Shown here piece by piece: positions 4,652 through 7,786 of a stretch of DNA of 7,786 bases (the first letter of the stretch is position 1; every line of letters starts with the position of its first letter). The DNA lies in contig NC_002253.1 of assembly GCF_000009605.1 (NCBI RefSeq), positions 1-7,786 of the forward strand, in the 5' to 3' direction. The position numbers were made by a program, and so were the translations under genes. The DNA is from Buchnera aphidicola str. APS (Acyrthosiphon pisum) (GTDB taxonomy: Bacteria; Pseudomonadota; Gammaproteobacteria; Enterobacterales; Enterobacteriaceae). The notes under the pieces were generated by a model. It ran no database searches. It was not told the origin of the DNA and saw only the letters and a list, made by a program, of their open reading frames with translations.

Positions 4652-5743
4652 ATGAAAAAAAATTATCGTATCGCTGTATTATCTGGTGATGGAATAGGTC
4701 CTGAAGTCATGCAAGAAGCATGTAAAATTTTAAATGTTTTAAAAAAATATTTTTTTCTATCTTTAGAAATACAAAAATTTAATATTGGTGGTATAGCTAT
4801 TGAACGTGAAGGTGTTGCTTTGCCAAAAACTACATTGCTAGGATGTGAAAATTCTGATTCAATTTTATTAGGTTCTGTAGGTGGTAAGAAGTGGGATAAC
4901 CTTCCAGTAGAACAACGTCCTGAAAGAGCCGCTTTATTGCCTTTAAGAAAACACTTTAATCTTTTTTCTAATTTAAGACCAGCAAAATTATATCCAGAAC
5001 TAAAATGTTTATCACCTCTTCGTTCAGATATTGTAAAAAATGGTTTTGATATATTATGTGTAAGAGAATTAACAGGTGGAATTTATTTTGGTGAACCTAA
5101 AGGTTTTGTAAATAAAAACAATACTAAATATGCTTTTGATACAGAAATTTATCATGAGTATGAAATTATCCGTATTGCTCATTTAGCTTTTAAATTGGCA
5201 CGATCTAGGAAGAAGAAAGTTTGTTCTATAGATAAATCAAATGTTCTTCAAAGTTCTATTTTATGGAGAGAAGTAGTTGAAAGTGTTTCTAAAAAATACC
5301 CAGATGTTCATTTATCTCATTTATATATTGATAATGCTGCTATGCAAATAATTAAAGATCCTAATCAGTTTGATGTATTATTATGCTCAAATCTTTTTGG
5401 AGATATTATTTCTGATGAATGTGCTACAATTACAGGTTCAATTGGGATGTTACCATCAGCAAGTTTTAATGAAAAAAATTTTGGATTATATGAGCCGGCA
5501 GGCGGATCAGCACCTGATATTGAAGGTAAAAATATTGCTAATCCGATTGCTCAAATACTTTCACTTTCTATGTTAGTTAGATATGGCATGAATTTAAATC
5601 AGATAGCAGATAAAATTGATAAAGCTGTTAATAATGTATTAAAAAAAGGTTATAGAACTTCAGATATATCTCATGATAATAATTTTTTAAAAACAGATGA
5701 AATGGGTGATCTTATTGTTGATTCTTTAATTAATGGTGAATGA
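4652..5743 (+). CDS. leuB: 3-isopropylmalate dehydrogenase, 363 aa
   Basis: Motifs [33 protein letters not shown] and [12 protein letters not shown], plus the family signature [10 protein letters not shown]. Collinear with E. coli LeuB. Confidence 0.98.
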
Positions 5744-5744
5744 C

Positions 5745-7160
5745 ATGAAGAAAACATTATACGATAAAATATATGATTCACATATTGTTTATGAAGAGAA
5801 AAATAATACATCTCTTTTATATATAGATTTACATTTACTTCATGAGGTTACATCACCTCAAGCCTTTGATTCATTACGAGATAAAAATCGAAAGGTTAGA
5901 CAGCCTAAAAAAACTTTTGCTACAATGGATCATAATGTTTCGACAACTAGTCAAGATATTAATGCTTCAGGTTCTATGGCAAAGGTACAAATGCAAGAAT
6001 TAATTAAAAATTGTTCCGAGTTTAATATATCATTATATGATATAAAAAATCCTAATCAAGGGATTGTTCATGTTATTAGTCCTGAGAAAGGGATGACTTT
6101 GCCGGGTATGACTATTGTATGTGGTGACTCACATACATCGACGCATGGTGCATTTGGAGCATTATCTTTTGGTATTGGTACTTCAGAAGTTGAACATGTT
6201 CTTGCAACTCAAACATTAAAACAACAGCGTTTTAAAAATATGAAAATAGAAATTACAGGAGAAATTCAAAAATTTGTCACTGCTAAAGATTTGATTTTGT
6301 TTATTATTGGAAAATTAGGATCATCTGGAGGTGCAGGATATATAATTGAATTTTGTGGTAATGTAATTGAAAAAATGAGCATGGAAGAAAGAATGACAAT
6401 TTGTAATATGGCAATTGAAATAGGTGCAAAGTCAGGTTTGATAGCACCAGATGAAGTGACATTTTCTTATCTGAAAAATAAAATGTATGCACCACGTGGT
6501 GTTTTTTGGAAAAAAGCATTAAATTTTTGGAAGAATTTGAAATCTGATAAAAATGCTTTTTTTGATAAAGTTGTGAATATAAATATTTCTGATCTCTCGC
6601 CACAAATTACCTGGGGGACAAATCCTGATCAGGTGATCTCAATCGATCAAAAAATACCTGATTTTAGTAGTTTTGATAATTTAATAAAGAAAGATTTAGC
6701 GAAATCTGCATGTAAATATATGGGTTTAAAAATAGGTACTTATTTAACTAATATTACTGTTGATAAAGTTTTTATTGGATCTTGTACTAATGGAAGAATA
6801 GAAGATTTAAGAGCTGCCTCAAAGATACTTAAAGATAAAAAAATTGCTAATAATGTTAAAGCTATTGTTGTTCCTGGATCAGGTTCAGTTAAGAGAGAAG
6901 CTGAAAATGAAGGTTTAGATAAAATATTTATTAGTGCAGGATTCGAATGGCGTTTACCTGGTTGTTCTATGTGTTTAGGTATGAATAAAGATAGATTAAA
7001 TGATGGTGAACGTTGTGCGTCTACTAGCAATCGAAATTTTGAGGGTCGCCAGGGGAGAGGGGGGCGAACACATTTAGTAAGTCCTATTATGGCGGCTGCA
7101 GCTGCTGTATACGGTAAATTTGTTGATGTTAGAAAATTATATAATGGTGAGAATAATTAA
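5745..7160 (+). CDS. leuC: 3-isopropylmalate dehydratase large subunit, 471 aa from the ATG at 5745
   Basis: Aconitase-family motifs [23 protein letters not shown] and [31 protein letters not shown] aligns with the E. coli LeuC N-terminus (MAKTLYEKLFDAHVV). GGTGA at 5735-5739 lies upstream of ATG 5745. The track start at 5733 would add 4 unaligned residues and overlap leuB by 11 nt. Confidence 0.97.
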   Translation: MKKTLYDKIYDSHIVYEEKNNTSLLYIDLHLLHEVTSPQAFDSLRDKNRKVRQPKKTFATMDHNVSTTSQDINASGSMAKVQMQELIKNCSEFNISLYDIKNPNQGIVHVISPEKGMTLPGMTIVCGDSHTSTHGAFGALSFGIGTSEVEHVLATQTLKQQRFKNMKIEITGEIQKFVTAKDLILFIIGKLGSSGGAGYIIEFCGNVIEKMSMEERMTICNMAIEIGAKSGLIAPDEVTFSYLKNKMYAPRGVFWKKALNFWKNLKSDKNAFFDKVVNINISDLSPQITWGTNPDQVISIDQKIPDFSSFDNLIKKDLAKSACKYMGLKIGTYLTNITVDKVFIGSCTNGRIEDLRAASKILKDKKIANNVKAIVVPGSGSVKREAENEGLDKIFISAGFEWRLPGCSMCLGMNKDRLNDGERCASTSNRNFEGRQGRGGRTHLVSPIMAAAAAVYGKFVDVRKLYNGENN

Positions 7161-7162
7161 AT

Positions 7163-7786
7163 ATGTTTAAATTTACTGGACATGCTGGTATCGTTGTTCC
7201 TTTAGATATATCTAATATAGATACAGATATTATTATTCCGAAGCAATTTTTGAAAAGAGTAAACAAAATTGGATTTGGTAAATATTTATTTCATGACTGG
7301 CGTTTTATTGATGCAAATCAATTAGTAAAAAATGAGGATTTTATACTCAATAAAAAAATTTATAAAAACGCAAGTATTTTATTAACTAGAGAGAATTTTG
7401 GTTGTGGCTCATCGAGAGAACATGCTGTTTGGTCTCTAGTAGACTATGGATTCAAAGTAATAATTGCACCTAGTTTTGCTGATATTTTTTATAATAATAG
7501 TTTTAACAATAAGCTTCTTTTAATCACTTTAAGTTCGAGTGAAATTACTTTTTTATTTGATATTGTAAAAAATAATATAGGTATTACTTTTGATGTAAGT
7601 TTAGTCGAAAAAACGGTTACTGTAAATAAGGAAGTATTTTCATTTGAATTAGATGATTTTCATTACTTTTGTTTGTTAAATGATTTAGATAATATTGATT
7701 TGACTATGAAGCATTTATCAGAAATAAAATCTTATGAAAGTCGTATATCTGATTTTTTATTAGAAAGAAGAGATTTCAAATCTTAA
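7163..7786 (+). CDS. leuD: 3-isopropylmalate dehydratase small subunit, 207 aa
   Basis: Motifs DTDIIIPKQFLK, RENFGCGSSREHA and GFKVIIAPSFADIFYNNSFNN, collinear with E. coli LeuD. The TAA stop occupies the last three bases of the window. Confidence 0.97.
   Translation: MFKFTGHAGIVVPLDISNIDTDIIIPKQFLKRVNKIGFGKYLFHDWRFIDANQLVKNEDFILNKKIYKNASILLTRENFGCGSSREHAVWSLVDYGFKVIIAPSFADIFYNNSFNNKLLLITLSSSEITFLFDIVKNNIGITFDVSLVEKTVTVNKEVFSFELDDFHYFCLLNDLDNIDLTMKHLSEIKSYESRISDFLLERRDFKS

Noticed and set aside
5370-5576. 68-aa plus-strand ORF from the track
   Set aside because: It is an alternative frame inside leuB, whose own frame carries the [10 protein letters not shown] dehydrogenase signature in this interval. 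Nothing supports a nested gene.
5733-5744. ATG at 5733 as the leuC start (475 aa, 11-nt overlap with leuB)
   Set aside because: The MVND extension does not align with LeuC N-termini. ATG 5745 gives MKKTLYDK, matching E. coli MAKTLYEK, and has GGTGA upstream.
6304-6603. 99-aa minus-strand ORF from the track
   Set aside because: It is antisense within leuC with no motifs. Open frames of this length are expected opposite real genes in AT-rich DNA that uses few stop-complement codons.
6740-7030. 96-aa minus-strand ORF from the track
   Set aside because: It is antisense to the most conserved part of leuC (the GSCTNGR and GCSMCLGMN cluster ligands). It is explained by the sense-strand gene.
7041-7066. 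G-rich stretch GAGGGTCGCCAGGGGAGAGGGGGGCG as a structural or regulatory element
   Set aside because: It is fully explained by the conserved LeuC peptide EGRQGRGGR, so coding constraint accounts for it and it is not an independent signal.
1-7786. Search for CRISPR arrays, IS or transposon ends, integrase or att sites, toxin-antitoxin pairs, tRNA or rRNA genes, or defence genes
   Set aside because: I recognised none. There are no regularly spaced repeat-spacer arrays, no transposase or integrase-like ORFs, no small paired ORFs outside the known genes, and no cloverleaf-like G/C-rich segments. All coding capacity is accounted for by seven known genes.

Overview
The window reads as a complete, circularly permuted leucine-biosynthesis plasmid of the Buchnera aphidicola pLeu type, the aphid endosymbiont plasmid also described as pRPE/pBAp1. 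The sequence is extremely AT-rich. It holds seven intact genes. repA1 lies on the minus strand. The plus strand carries yqhA (UPF0114 membrane protein), repA2 and a tightly packed leuA-leuB-leuC-leuD operon. repA1 and repA2 are IncFII-family replication initiator paralogs in inverted orientation around yqhA. No gene is cut at either edge. The leuD stop codon is the last base of the window, and a strong intrinsic terminator hairpin sits at bases 23-65, so position 7786 most likely joins position 1. From memory, the A. pisum Buchnera pLeu is about 7.8 kb, which matches the window length, but this needs a database check. I see no novel multi-gene system (defence, toxin-antitoxin, CRISPR or mobile element). 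Every long ORF is explained by a well-known family, and the four remaining track ORFs are nested artefacts inside leu genes. The parts worth a second look are non-coding or architectural: (1) a perfect 97-bp palindrome that begins inside the repA2 stop codon and fills most of the repA2-leuA spacer; (2) an ori-like AT-rich region downstream of repA1, with a family of direct repeats, a 21-bp-arm inverted repeat and an anomalous A9G7 tract; (3) an 11-codon ORF whose stop overlaps the repA1 ATG (ATGA), resembling IncFII tap-repA coupling; (4) repA2, which needs a GTG start and lacks about 27-30 residues relative to repA1; (5) no leu leader or attenuator; (6) stereotyped translation-initiation and coupling sequences within the leu operon. 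All functional interpretations of non-coding elements are inference. Chance matches are frequent in DNA this AT-rich.
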